64,000 bases of DNA, taken from contig NC_086097.1 in the NCBI RefSeq assembly GCF_963921235.1, positions 93,312,001 to 93,376,000 of the forward strand, read 5' to 3'. Source of the DNA: Mobula hypostoma. Taxonomy: Eukaryota. Position 1 is the stretch's first letter. Each line of letters starts with the position of its first letter. Under the pieces are notes generated by a model. It saw only the letters and a list, made by a program, of their open reading frames with translations. It was not told where the DNA came from and did not search any database. Shown here piece by piece: positions 48,301 through 60,014 of this stretch. Both the position numbers and the translations under genes were made by a program.

Positions 48301-50590
48301 GAGCAACTTTATGAATTATAGAACAGAGGGATTCATTCCAATCATCTGTGGAGCCCTCGCTATCAATCTCTTCTATTACATCCACAGTTTTCTCCTGGTA
48401 CTCATCCCAACGGGCCAAAGAAAAATTATACCTAGCAGCCCTCTCCACAACTTCAACTATCAAATTTCTACCAAATCTACATAATATAGAATAGTGATCA
48501 CTTCCTAGTGTGTATCTGTCCATAACATCCTATTCCTCAATCCTGGCTAAGTTTGAGGAAGTGATAGATAAGTCTTAGTGACTACAAGTATTCTTTACAA
48601 TATTAAATCTTGTCGGCCTTCCGTCATTTAGAAGTACCATGTTGTATTTATCTAGAAACTCCTCTACTACCACTCCATTACTATCTTTACTTTCACTACC
48701 CCATCCAGAATTATGGGCATTGAAATCTCCAACCCAGATTACTGGGGATCTTACCTTAGTCATAATTTCATCAAAATCTGATAACATATTACATGGATTA
48801 TAAAAGTTAATCACAGTTGTTTGACCACGAGAGCTCCAAACCTCCACAGCCACAATTTCAAGGTTAGATTTAAAATAAAGTCTTCCAAACGGAAGTCCTG
48901 TTTTTATGAAAGTTGCACACCCTCCACTGGATTTACCTATTCTGTCAGCTCTCAAACTATCATATCCAGGGATCACAAAATCTAAATGAGGCTTTAACCA
49001 TGTCTCCTGTATACAGATCAAATCAGGCTTATCTTTAAAAGTTCCAACAAATCTTTTTAATTCTTGACCATTTGCAATTAAACTTTCTTGCATTCCATTG
49101 TAATATTAAAAACATCCAAATACTAATTATCGGCCTCTTCATCCACATAAGGCCCCCCCATACTCTCTGACCCCAACAACTGGGAAATACTCAGTGATTT
49201 ATTTGTCTGTCATACACTCATGTAATTTTTTCAGTCATCATCATAGCTTGTCACACCAGACAGCCAGCCACTCTAGTGTTGTTTGGTTGATGTTGAGCAG
49301 GTCAGTGTCAGCTAAATCAGGTGAGTGTGGGCAATTGCACAGAACGTTTTCAATGTTCTGCACCTGTAAAACCTGTTTCATATCAAGGAATCTCTCTGCA
49401 GCTCCAACAACTCCTTTTATCATATCTGACCTTTTGGTTGTAGTTTTAGCCCCAACCAGTACATCAACAACAAATGCTAAAAAGGACTCTTTAGTCATCA
49501 GCAACATGTCTGAAGGAACCATAGTTGGAGAACGTGGAATGTGCTGACTCCCCATCGTTCTAATCTTTTCTTTACTTATCCTTTGCTCTCCATCAACTTT
49601 CTTTACCGCCTCAGCATATGGTATTTTTTGTTGGTTACTAACAACCTGAATCTGCATTGCCTTGATAAAACACTCACATCCTCTGAACACCGCTACATGA
49701 TCCCCTCCACAGTTACTGCATTTAGGTGCCGCTGCCTTACATGCTTTAATATCATGATCCTCTCCTCATTTCACACACCTTCTTTTACCTCGACATGAAC
49801 CAGCAACATGTCCAAATCTCTGGCAATTATAACAACGCAAGGGAGGTCTAACATATTCTCTAACTTGATAAGACATGCTCCCAAGATAGACCAGTTGGAA
49901 GAACGTCACCTGCAAAAACCAGGACAGGAGAATCCCAATCACCCCCTTATCTCGATTTTAATCATTTGGTTTCAATCACTCGACCACCTTTAATATTGTC
50001 CAAAATTCCCTTTTAAGTCATGCCAGGCAAAATACCACCCCCCCCACTCCCTTCCTTTCTTTTGGAGTAATACACTCCACTTTAGCACTGCTATATTGGT
50101 CAACATCTTTGCAACAAATTTTCAGCAATCCATTAGACAAAATCTTGGCCTGGAATCCCTTACTTATTTGGTTCTCTAATGCTGCTGCCACTTTCAAAGG
50201 ATTAAGGGCTCTAAATCCTCCTTTCCCTTCCTTCTGACCTTTAATTTTATACAGATCTATAAATCTCTCCAAGTCACCCATTTTCCTCAATTTGTTGTCC
50301 CCCATTACATCAGGTCTTTCACTTGATGCACCCCTTTTTTGGCTACCCTTACTTCTGGAGTATTCAATGGTCTTCCACCCTCCTCCTTCAATCTCAACCC
50401 CCCCCCCCCCACACGCTTTGCAGCCATAGGCTACAAACTAACCCTATCCGAACTACTAGGCTGAATAAAGGGGAAGAAAATAAATTAATAAAATACGTAA
50501 AATTAAACGAACAGACCAACCAAAAGTTAAGGGAAACCACCACTGATCCCAAGCTCATTAGCCAGCCACGCATCCGCGTTCCGAGGAGTC
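45303..50590 (-). mobile_element. Full-length Nimb (I-group) LINE, about 5.3 kb, inactivated by frameshifts
   Basis: 12-bp TSD ATGACTGAGAAT (45291-45302, 50591-50602); ORF1 with three CCHC knuckles (RCYNCQRFGHVAGSC..KCSNCGGDH); EN ICIQETWL, GDFNAHN, GSDH; RT SYRPIALTS, FADD; RNase H FIDGS..ELLAI..CSDS; (GAA)n tail. Confidence 0.92.
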
Positions 50591-50929
50591 ATGACTGAGA
50601 ATGCAGAGGAATAGCCAATTTAAAGAATTAAGCGGGAGTGACGAGGCTGCCAACATGTAGAAATAACCGGGGGGGGGGGGTTCTTGGTAGACAGAGGACA
50701 ATGAAGGGTCGAGGCAAAAAAAAGATGAGCCAGAGGGTGGGTGGGTGTGAGAGAGTGAGAGTGAGATGTGATTATGTAAAGTGATGTGGAACCAGATAAG
50801 ACAGAAATAATGACCTGAAACGTAATCTCTTTTTCTGTCCGCAAAGATGCTGTTTGACCTCCTGAGTATTTTGACTTTTTAAAGTTTTTATTAAAGCTCC
50901 GCAATTGCCCTGTTCTAAATAGCTTGTGC

Positions 50930-51700
50930 AGCGTTAGACTAATCAGCGAAAGCAATCGATTGCTATAGAGAGATCGCACGACACGGAGCCTCAGGAGGGA
51001 ATGTAATCGCGGGTTTGACTTTGCAATATTTTCAGTGACTGAATAAAGCCCTGACTTCATTCGGAGATTAACGTTCAACAACCCAGCCGAAGGACGGCGG
51101 AAGTTACCGAACGACCCGCTCCGGGATTCCGGAAATTACCGAAGGTACAGTTTCCGACGCAGGGCTGCGAGGCGGAATTACTAAAGCAGCCACTGGAAAA
51201 TCGGAATCGAGCGAAACGAAGCGTTGTCACTATAACTTTTTACCCAGTAGATATGAGAGTTATCTGACAGGGAAGGGCGAACGAAAGCAGTCGGTCGGCG
51301 GCCCTGCCAGACTGCCTGGGAAACCCCGGCGCCTCTAGATCATGTGGTCAATTTCTCGCGCTTCGTCCGACGACGATTGCGGCGATGTTTGAATTTGGTG
51401 GCTGGATGGTTTGCGCTGTCTGATCATTTGTCAATATATATATATTTTTGTCAAAGCCCAGCTCTCTTTGGCGGATTTTATTAGTTTCCAACCATGACTG
51501 CGGACAAACAGCCTCTCCCGCGCGCGGACGGAGCAGTGGGACTCACGTGATGGAATGACGCTGGAGACTGGCGGCGGTTTGCTCGGGGCGGGAGTGTGGC
51601 GGTCACGTGGTACGGAGACAGCTGACGGGAAGGAATTCGCTGGCTCACTGGGTAGGACCATGTGCTCTGTGGAATAGCAGGCATCAGGTGAGCCGTGTAT
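50930..51700. promoter_or_regulatory. CpG-island promoter
   Basis: Sharp CpG enrichment in non-repeat DNA; ETS-like CGGAAGT/CCGGAA (51098-51136); TCACGTGA 51543-51550; GTCACGTG 51602-51609; GC box GGGGCGGG near 51585. Confidence 0.75.
51610..51687 (+). other. Probable non-coding first exon of an unidentified host gene (start approximate)
   Basis: Strong donor CAG|GTGAGC at the 3' edge of the island; the only nearby ATG (51660) opens a 5-codon uORF, MCSVE*. Confidence 0.5.
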
Positions 51701-51904
51701 TGGAGCATGTATTTGTTTTATTCCTTTCTCGCCAATCTTAGAGTTATGCAGCACCGAAACAGGTCCATGCTTACCTTTTTTATCCATCTACATTTTACCC
51801 AATTGCCCACATCAGCTCCGATCCTTATAACGCGTGGCTTAATAAAATTAAATGTTTCTTAAACGTTAGCCTTCCTGGAAAACTATTCCTTACTATATTT
51901 AAAA

Positions 51905-52010
51905 ACACAAACACGAGGAAATCTGCAGATGCTGGAATTTCAAGCAACACACTTAAAAGTTGCTGGTGAACGCAGCAAGCCAGGCAGCATCTATAGGAAG
52001 CGGTACAGTC
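51905..52010 (-). mobile_element. Penelope terminal fragment
   Basis: ACGAGGAAATCTGCAGATGCTGGAATTTCAAGCAACACAC..GGTACAGTC; truncated at the hammerhead stem I strand. Confidence 0.75.
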
Positions 52011-52014
52011 GCGG

Positions 52015-52619
52015 ACATCCCACCTCTCCTGGAAGTTCCGGGAGTCTCCCGCAAATTAATAGTGGCTCCCTGATGCCCGCAAATTATATACAATATCACG
52101 GAAATTGATTTTTTTGAGAGCGAGCGTGAGAGAACACGCGAGAAAGAGTGAGCGCAAGAGCAAGAAAGCAAGCGCAAGTGGGAGTGACCACGAGAGAGCG
52201 AGAAAGCAAGCACGTGCGAGAGAGAGCAAGAGCAAGGGCGAGAAAGCAAGTGTGAGAGAGAGCGACCATGAGCGAAAGATCAAGAGTGTTCCAAAAAAAG
52301 AAAATATGAAACGTACGTCACCCCAGACTACTCTAAAGTGTACCCCTGCCTAATAGGGATCAAAAATAATGACAGTGTTGCTCACTGCACTGTTTGCAAC
52401 AGTGACTTTTCTATTGTCCATGGTGGGTTAAGACTGTAAAAGACATGTTGAGGTGAGTTTAACAGGTGTCATTCGTTCATTAGCATAGCTAACGTTATTT
52501 AAACTAGCTGGCTAGCTGCTAAGGAGCTACTCTATTGCAGACATCCCACCTCTCCCGGAAGTCTCCTGCAAATTGATGGTGCTACCTCCCTGAAATGAGT
52601 TTTTGCTGGGTGGGATGCT
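52015..52619. mobile_element. Non-autonomous DNA transposon (MITE) with an internal GA-rich tract
   Basis: GACATCCCACC start and GGTGGGATGC end; left end repeated internally near 52540; GAGA/GCAA low-complexity tract 52116-52280. Confidence 0.6.
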
Positions 52620-52994
52620 TTACTATATTATACATTGAACCTCGGTGGCCAGTGATACAGTTTGAATTATATGATTCTGAAGTTCAATGCAAAGTATGTT
52701 CACATTTTCAAAATTAAATCAAAGGCAGCGTTAGTTGGAAATGTGAAGTAAAACAGAAAGTGGCAGGAACACTCAGCAGTGAGGCAATATTAGTGGAAAG
52801 AGACGTAGAGGTAATGTTTCAGGTATCGGACTTCATAACTTTTAAAAGTTTTCTGTTTTTAGGTTCATACTTTGTGTAACTTAGCAGAGCAGTCCATAGA
52901 TTAGCAATACCTACCATGGAAACAGGCCCTTTAGCCCACCGAGGCTGTACCGACCATCAAACACCCACTTGGCACTAATCCTGTTTTTATTACA

Positions 52995-53930
52995 GTCAGA
53001 GTTGTACAGCACAGAAACTGGCCCTTTAGTCCACTGTGCCCCTGCAGACCTTTTTGCCCGTCTCTAAATGAATGTCATTTGCCCCTTAAAAATGAAAAAT
53101 TAAACAATGATTATATCTGAATCCATCACCACCTTAGACATTGAGTTGTAGATATCTGCCACTCTGAATGAACAATATATGTTCCCCTCGAATCCCTTAT
53201 AAAAGCCCCTCCTCTCATCTTAAACTTATACCTTGTTAATACCATAGGGAAGACAGATTATAACTATCTGCATACCTCTATTGAGTCACTCCTCGGCTTT
53301 CTACGATCACCCTGCATTGCTGTTGTTCTCCAGTCCAGACAACATCATGGTCAGTCCCCCCATCCTCTCTCCAGTGCAATCACATCCTTCCTATAGTGTG
53401 GCAATCAGAACTTGACACAGTGCTCACTTTGCGGTCTAACCTTATTGTATACTTTTATATCCTGCACTCTGACCTACGAAGGCAGATGTGCCACATGCCT
53501 TCTTCACAACCTCATAGACTGGTGTTGCCACTTCTAGGCAACTGGACTTGAACCTCAAGGTCAATCTATTCATTAGCTTTTCATAATGTCATCAGTTACT
53601 GCACATGCCTGACCTCTATTTGACTTACCAAAATGCATCAGTTCACATGTTAGATTAAATTCGATCTACCCAATGCCCTCCCAATTGTCTGTATAATCTG
53701 TATCCTGTTGTAGCCTTTGAAACCTTCTGAGGTATTCACAACACCAATTTCTGCATCATCTGCAGACTTACCAAACGTGCCTCCTATGTTCACATGCAAG
53801 TCAGATACTGTATATCACACACAGGGGTCTTAGCACCACTAGTCACAGATTTCCAATCAGTAAAGTACCTCCATCATTATCTCTGTCTTCTATCACCAAA
53901 CCAGTTATACATCTGGTTTGCCAGCATGCC
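52995..53930 (-). mobile_element. Old CR1 3' fragment
   Basis: TACAGCACAGAAACTGGCCCTT tail; KSADDAEIG RT remnant. Confidence 0.7.
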
Positions 53931-53992
53931 ATAAGATCATAGATACAGGAGCAGAATTAGGCCCTTTGGCCCATCGAGTCTGCTCTGCCATT

Positions 53993-55092
53993 TATACTTT
54001 ATACTTTATTGTCGCCAAACAATTGATACAAGAACGTACAATCATCATAGCAATATTTGATTCTGTGCTTCCCGCTCCCTGGATTACAAATCAATAGTAA
54101 CTATTAAAAATTTAAATTATAAATCATAGATAGAAAATATAAAAATGGAAAGTAAGGTAGTGCAAAAAAACTGAGATGCAGGTCCACATATTTGGAGGGT
54201 ACGGCCCAGATCCGGGTCAGGATCCGTTCAGCAGTCTTATCACAGCTTGAAAGAAGCTGTTCCCAAATCTGGCCGTACGAGTCTTCAAGCTCCTGAGCCT
54301 TCTCCCGGAGGGAAGAGGGACAAAAAGTGTGTTGGCTGGGTGGGTCGTGTCTTTGATTATCCTGGCAGCACTGCTCCGACAGCGTGCGGTGTAAAGTGAG
54401 TCCAAGGACGGAAGATTGGTTTGTGTGATGTGCTGTGCCGTGTACACGATCTTCTGCAGCTTCTTTCGGTCTTGGACAGGACAACTTCCATACCAGGTTG
54501 TGATGCACCCTAGAAGAATGCTTTCTACGGTACATCTATAAAAAATTAGTGAGGGTTTTAGGGGACAGGCCAAATTTCTTTAGTTTTCTCAGGAAGTAAA
54601 GGCACTGGTGGGCCTTCTTGGCAGTGAACTCTGCTTGGTTGGACCAAGTCAGGTCATTTGTGATATTGACCCCGAGGAACTTAAAGCTTTTGACCTATTC
54701 CACTTGCGCACCCCCGATGTAAATTGGGTCATGGGGTCTGCTACTCCTTCTGAAGTCAACAACCAATTCCTTCGTCTTGCTGACATTAGGGGATAGGTTA
54801 TTGTCTTTGCACCATGCCACCAGGTTCTTAATTTCCTCTCTGTACTCAAACTCATCATTACCTGAGATACGGCCTACAATTGTTGTGTCACCAGCAAACT
54901 TATGTATTGAGTTCGATGGAAACTTGGCTACACAATCATGGGTGTACAGTGAGTACACAGCCTTGTGGGGCACCGGTGCTCAGAGTGATTGTAGAGGAGA
55001 GCTTGTCCCCTATTTTTACAGCCTGGGTCCTGTCTGTGTGGAAGATGAAGATCCAGCTGCAGATCTGAGTGCTAAGGCCCAGGTTCCGGAGC
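53993..55092 (-). mobile_element. Rex1 LINE 3' part
   Basis: LSTGAPQGCV, HKFAGDTT, FYRCTVESILLGCITTWYG; (AAAGTAT)n tail. Confidence 0.88.
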
Positions 55093-56958
55093 TGATCCAA
55101 TTTTCCTCTCAGCCCCAATCTCCTGCCTTCTCCCCGTATCCCTTCATGCCCTGACCAATCAAGAATCTATCGACCTCTAACTTAAATATACGTAAAGACT
55201 TGGCCTCCACAGATTCACCACTTTCTGACTAAAGAAATCCCTCCTCATCTCCATTCCAACAGGATGCAGCTCTATTTTGAGGTTTGTTCTCTGGTCCAGG
55301 ACTCTCCCACCATAGGAAACATCCTCTCCACATCCATTCTATCAAGGCTTTTCATCATTTGATAGGTTTCAATTAGGTCACCCCTCATTCTTCCGAATTC
55401 AAATGAATACAGGCCCAGAGCCATCAAACGCTCTTCATATGACAAGCCATTCATTCCTTGAATCATTTTCATGAGTGCCCTTTGAACCCTTTCCAGTTTC
55501 AGCATATCCTTTCTAAGATAAAGGGCCCAGACCTGCTCACAATACTTCGTGAGGCCTTTACCAGTGCTTTATAACATCACAAAATTACATCCTTGTTTTT
55601 ATATCCTAGTCCTCTTAACATCGCATTTGACTTCCTCACCACAGACTCAGCCTGCAAATTAATCTTTGGGGAAATCCTCCCAAGTCTCCTTGCACCTCAG
55701 CTTTTTTGTATTTTCTCTGCATTTAGAAAATAGTCAAACCTTTCATTTTTTTTCTACCAAAGGGCATGACCATGCACTTCCCGACACTGTATTCCATCTG
55801 TTGCTTCTTTGGCTATTCTCCTAATCTAAATCCTTCTGTAGCCTCTCTACTTCCCCTCCACCTATCTTCATATTGTCTGCAAACTTTGCAACAAAGTCAT
55901 CAATTCCATCATCCAAATCATTTACATATAACGTAAAAAGAATCGGTCCCAACGTAGACCCCTTTGGAACACCACTATTTACTGGCAACCAACCAGAAAG
56001 CGCTCCCTTTATTCCCATTCTTTGCCTCCTGCCAATCAGCCTTTGCTTTATCCACGCGAGTATCTTTCCTGTAATACCATGGCCTTGTAGCTTGTGAGGT
56101 ACATTGTCAAAGGCCTTCTGAAAATCCAAGTACATGACATCAACCGATTCTCCTTTGTCTATTCTGCTTGCTTTTTTTTTCAAAGAATTCCAACAGATTT
56201 GTCAGGCAAGGTTTTCCCTTGAGGAAACCATGCTGACGATGGCCTATTTTATCATGTGCCTCCACGTATCCTGAGACCTCATCCTCAATAATCGACTTGA
56301 ACATCTTCCCAACCACTGAGGTCAGACTAACTGGCCTATAATTTCCCTATACATTGAAGAATGAACATTTACAATTTTCCAGTCTTCCAGACTCTAGTGA
56401 TTCTTGAAAGATCATTATGATCTTTCAGAACTCTGGGGTGCACACCATCTGGTCCAAGTGACTTATCTACCTTTGGATCTTTCAGTTTCACAAGAACCTT
56501 CTCTCTTGTAGTGGTATATTTGCACACTTCATGACTTCTGATACCTGTTGCTTCCACCATACTGCTAGTGTCTTTTACATTGAAGACTGATGCAAAATAC
56601 TTAGTTAGTTCATCCGCCATTTCCTTGTCTCCCACTACTACCTCTCCAGCATCATTTTCCAGTGGTGCGATAACCACTGTCATCTCCCTTTTATACTTTT
56701 ATCTGAAGAAACTTTTGGTATCTTCTTTAATATTATTGGCTAGCTTACTTTCATATTCCATCTTTTCCTTCTTAATGACAATTTAGTTGCCTTCTGTTGG
56801 TTTTTAAAAGCTTCCTAATCCTCTATCTTCCCACTAATTTTTGCTGTATTATATGCCCTCTCTTTGATTTTTATGTTGGCTTTGACTTCTCTTGTTAGCC
56901 ATGGTTGTGTCATCTTTCCTTTAGAATACTTCTTACTCTTTGGGTTGTCTATATCCTG

Positions 56959-57428
56959 AGTCAGGTCACTCATCTGAGTGTCACTAGTACCATGTAACCC
57001 AGTACTACCTGTCGCATGGTCGGGTGGTCGGCAACTAAACCGGCTCCCCCACCAGGCTTGCCTGGTGAGGAGGGTGGCTAGACACCCTGTAGGACGAAAA
57101 ACAAGACCTGTCAAAGGGCGGATGAACCCTCTCGTAGGGTCAATGGCCATCTAACAAACATGTGCCGTGAAGTGCGGAAAGGGCATCCCTTGCATCGAAG
57201 CTTGGTCTGGCCCTTCACTGCAACAGAACTTCTCTCAGCTGTCTTGGACCTCACCATGCCGCTGGATCTGGGAGGAGATGTCGAGAGGGTGAGTCTGGAC
57301 CTGTGCAACCCCCTACTCACCTAAAATCCATTCACGCACACGCTGTTCCTTTCTGAGGAGTGGGGTATAAACCCCACTAACTGACTGAAAGGAACCATCA
57401 TCATCCTATGGGATGGATAGCCAGAGAG
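56959..57428 (+). mobile_element. Non-autonomous RTE/Vingi-type element, about 470 bp
   Basis: 8-bp TSD ATATCCTG (56951-56958, 57429-57436); no TIR; CTCACCTAAAATCC segment related to 24740-24820; tail CCATCATC..GGATAGC related to 32572-32596. Confidence 0.65.
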
Positions 57429-59675
57429 ATATCCTGTGCCTTCCAAACTGCTTCCAGAAATTCTAGCCATTGCTGCTCTGCCATGATCCCTGCCAGTGCT
57501 CTTTTTCAATCATTTCTGACCAATTCCCCTCTCATGCCTCCGAAATTCCTCTTATTCCACTGTAATACTGATACATCTGTTTTTAGCTACTCTTTCTCAG
57601 ATTTGAGGGTGAATTCGATCATATTATGATCACTTTCCCCTAAGGGTTCTTGTACCTTAAGCTCTCTGTTCAATTCTAGTTCATTACACAACCACTAATC
57701 CAGGATAACTGATCCCCTAGTGGGCTCAACCATGAGCTGCTCTAAAAAGCCACTTTGTAGGCATTCTAGAAATTCCCCCTCCTGGAATCCAGCAGCAACT
57801 TGATTTTCGTAAACTACCTGCATTATTGAACTCCCCCAGGACTATTGTAATGTTGATCTTTTGGCATGCTTTTTCTGTCTCCCATGGTAATTTGTAGACC
57901 ACATCCTTACTACGGGATCTGTATACAAATCTCATCAGAGACTTTTTATCCTTTGCCATTCCTTAGCTCTATCCACAAAGATTCAGTACCTTCTGACTCT
58001 ATGTCACCTCTTTCTTAGATTTGATTTCAGTTTTTACCAACAGAGCAACACCACCCCCTCTGCCTTCCTGCCTGTCCTTTCGACACAATGTGTATCCTTG
58101 GACATTAAGCTCCCAGCTATACTCTTTTTTTTAAGCCTCGATTCAGTGATATGTACATCACAAGTGCCAATCTGTAACTGCTACAAGTTCACCTACCTTA
58201 TTCCGTGTACTGCATGCATTCAAACCTAACACCTTCAGTCCTGTATTCCCCCTTATCAATTTTGTCTGCCTTGTACATTGCAGCTCAACATGTTGACTGC
58301 AATTTTGCCCTATCAACAGCCTCTCCTCATTACACATTGCCTCCATTTGTAAACCAGCTACCTCATCTTCAGCACAATTATCCACCTTTCTTCCAATACT
58401 TCCTGCATTGAAATATAAGTAGTTCGGGACACTAGTTGCACCATGCTCAACCTTTTAATTCCTAACTTTGTCTGAGGTCTTACCAACATCTGCCTCTACA
58501 ATCTCTCCTCTAACTGTTCTGGCACTCTGGTTCCCATCCCCCTGCAACTCCAGTTTAAACCCCACCATGCAACATTAACAAACCTTCCTGCTAGGATATT
58601 AGTCTCCCTCCAATTCAGGTGCAAACTGTCCTTACTGTACATTCCTGAGATCACAACTCTGGAGGTCCTGCCCTTTAACTTAGCATCTAACTCCCTGAGA
58701 TCCCTTTGCAGAACCTCATCACTTGTCTTACCCATGTCATTGGTACCTACATGGATCATGACTTCTCGCTGTTCACCCTCCCACTTAAGAACGCTGAGGA
58801 CTCGATCCAAGATATCCTTGACCCTGTCACTAGGGAGGCAACATACTATCCGAGAATCTCATTCTTGCCCACAGAAACGTGCCTGTTCCCTTCTGAGTCA
58901 CAGAGCCAGACTCAGTGTCAGGGACCTGACCACTGTGATTTTCCTCTGTTAGGTCAACTCCTCCCCCCCCCCCCAGCAGTATCCAAAGAGGTATACCTTT
59001 TGTTGAGGGGGATAGACACAGGGGTACTCTGCACTGGCTCCTTAACTCCTTTCCCCTTCCTGACTGTCACCCAGTTTCCTGTGCCCTGCACTTTGGGCTA
59101 ACTACTTCTGTATATAGAAACATAGAAAACCTACAGCACAATACAGGCCATTCGGTCCACAATGCTGTGCTGAACATGTACTTACTTTAGAAATTACGTA
59201 GGGTTACCCATAGCCCTCTTTTTCTAAGCTCTATATACCTGTCCAGTAGTCTCTTAAGAGACCCTATCGTATCCGCCTCCACCACTGTTACCGGCAGCCC
59301 ATTCCACGCACTCACCACTCTCTCCGTAAAAAAAAACTTACCCCTGACCTCTGTATCTACTTTCAAGCTCCTTAAAACTGTGCCCTCTCATGTAAGCCAT
59401 TTCAGCCCTGGGAAAAAGCCTCCGACTATCCACACAATCAATGCCTCTCATCATCTTATACACCTCTATCAGGTCACTTCTCATCGTCTGTCACTGCAAA
59501 GAGAAAAGGCCAAGTTCACTCAACCTATTCTCATAAGGCATGCTCCCCAATCCAGGCAACATCCTTGTAAATCTCCTCTGCACCCTTTCAATGGTTTCCA
59601 CATCCTTCCTGTAGTGAGGTGACCAGACTGAGCACAGTACTCTAAGTGGGGCCTGACCAGGATCCTTATATAACT

Positions 59676-60014
59676 ACACACATCAAAGTTGCTGGTGAAC
59701 ACAGCAGGCCAGGCAACATCTCTAGGAAGAGGTACAGTCGACGTTTCAGGCCGAGACCCTTCGTCAGGACTAACTGAAGGAAGAGTTAGTAAAAGATTTG
59801 AAAGTGGGAGGGGGAGGGGGAGATCCAAAATGATAGAAGACAGGAGGGGGAGGGATTACTAACTGTTCCTTCAGTTAGTCCTGACGAAGGGTCTCGGCCT
59901 GAAAAGTCGACTGTACCTCTTCCTAAAGATGCTGCCTGGCCTGCCGCGTTCACCAGCACCTTTGATGTGTGTTGCTTGAATTTCCAGCATCTGCAGAATT
60001 CCTGTTGTTTGCGG
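59676..60014. mobile_element. Fold-back Penelope insertion with two opposed hammerhead motifs
   Basis: Inverted arms 59676-59792 and 59856-59972; TSD CCTTATATA(A/G)CT (59664-59675, 60015-60026). Confidence 0.85.
59736..59771 (-). ncRNA. Minimal hammerhead ribozyme motif, intact core
   Basis: Minus strand AGUC-CUGACGA-AGG(GUCUCGG)CCU-GAAA-C-GUC-GACU; stem I AGUC/GACU. Confidence 0.78.

Noticed and set aside
50620..51787. ORFs of 153, 118 and 75 aa over the CpG island
   Set aside because: No recognisable domains; long frames are expected by chance in GC-rich DNA, and one overlaps repeat sequence
51953..52353. Ser/Leu- or Arg/Glu-rich ORFs
   Set aside because: Translations of a GA-rich low-complexity tract inside a MITE
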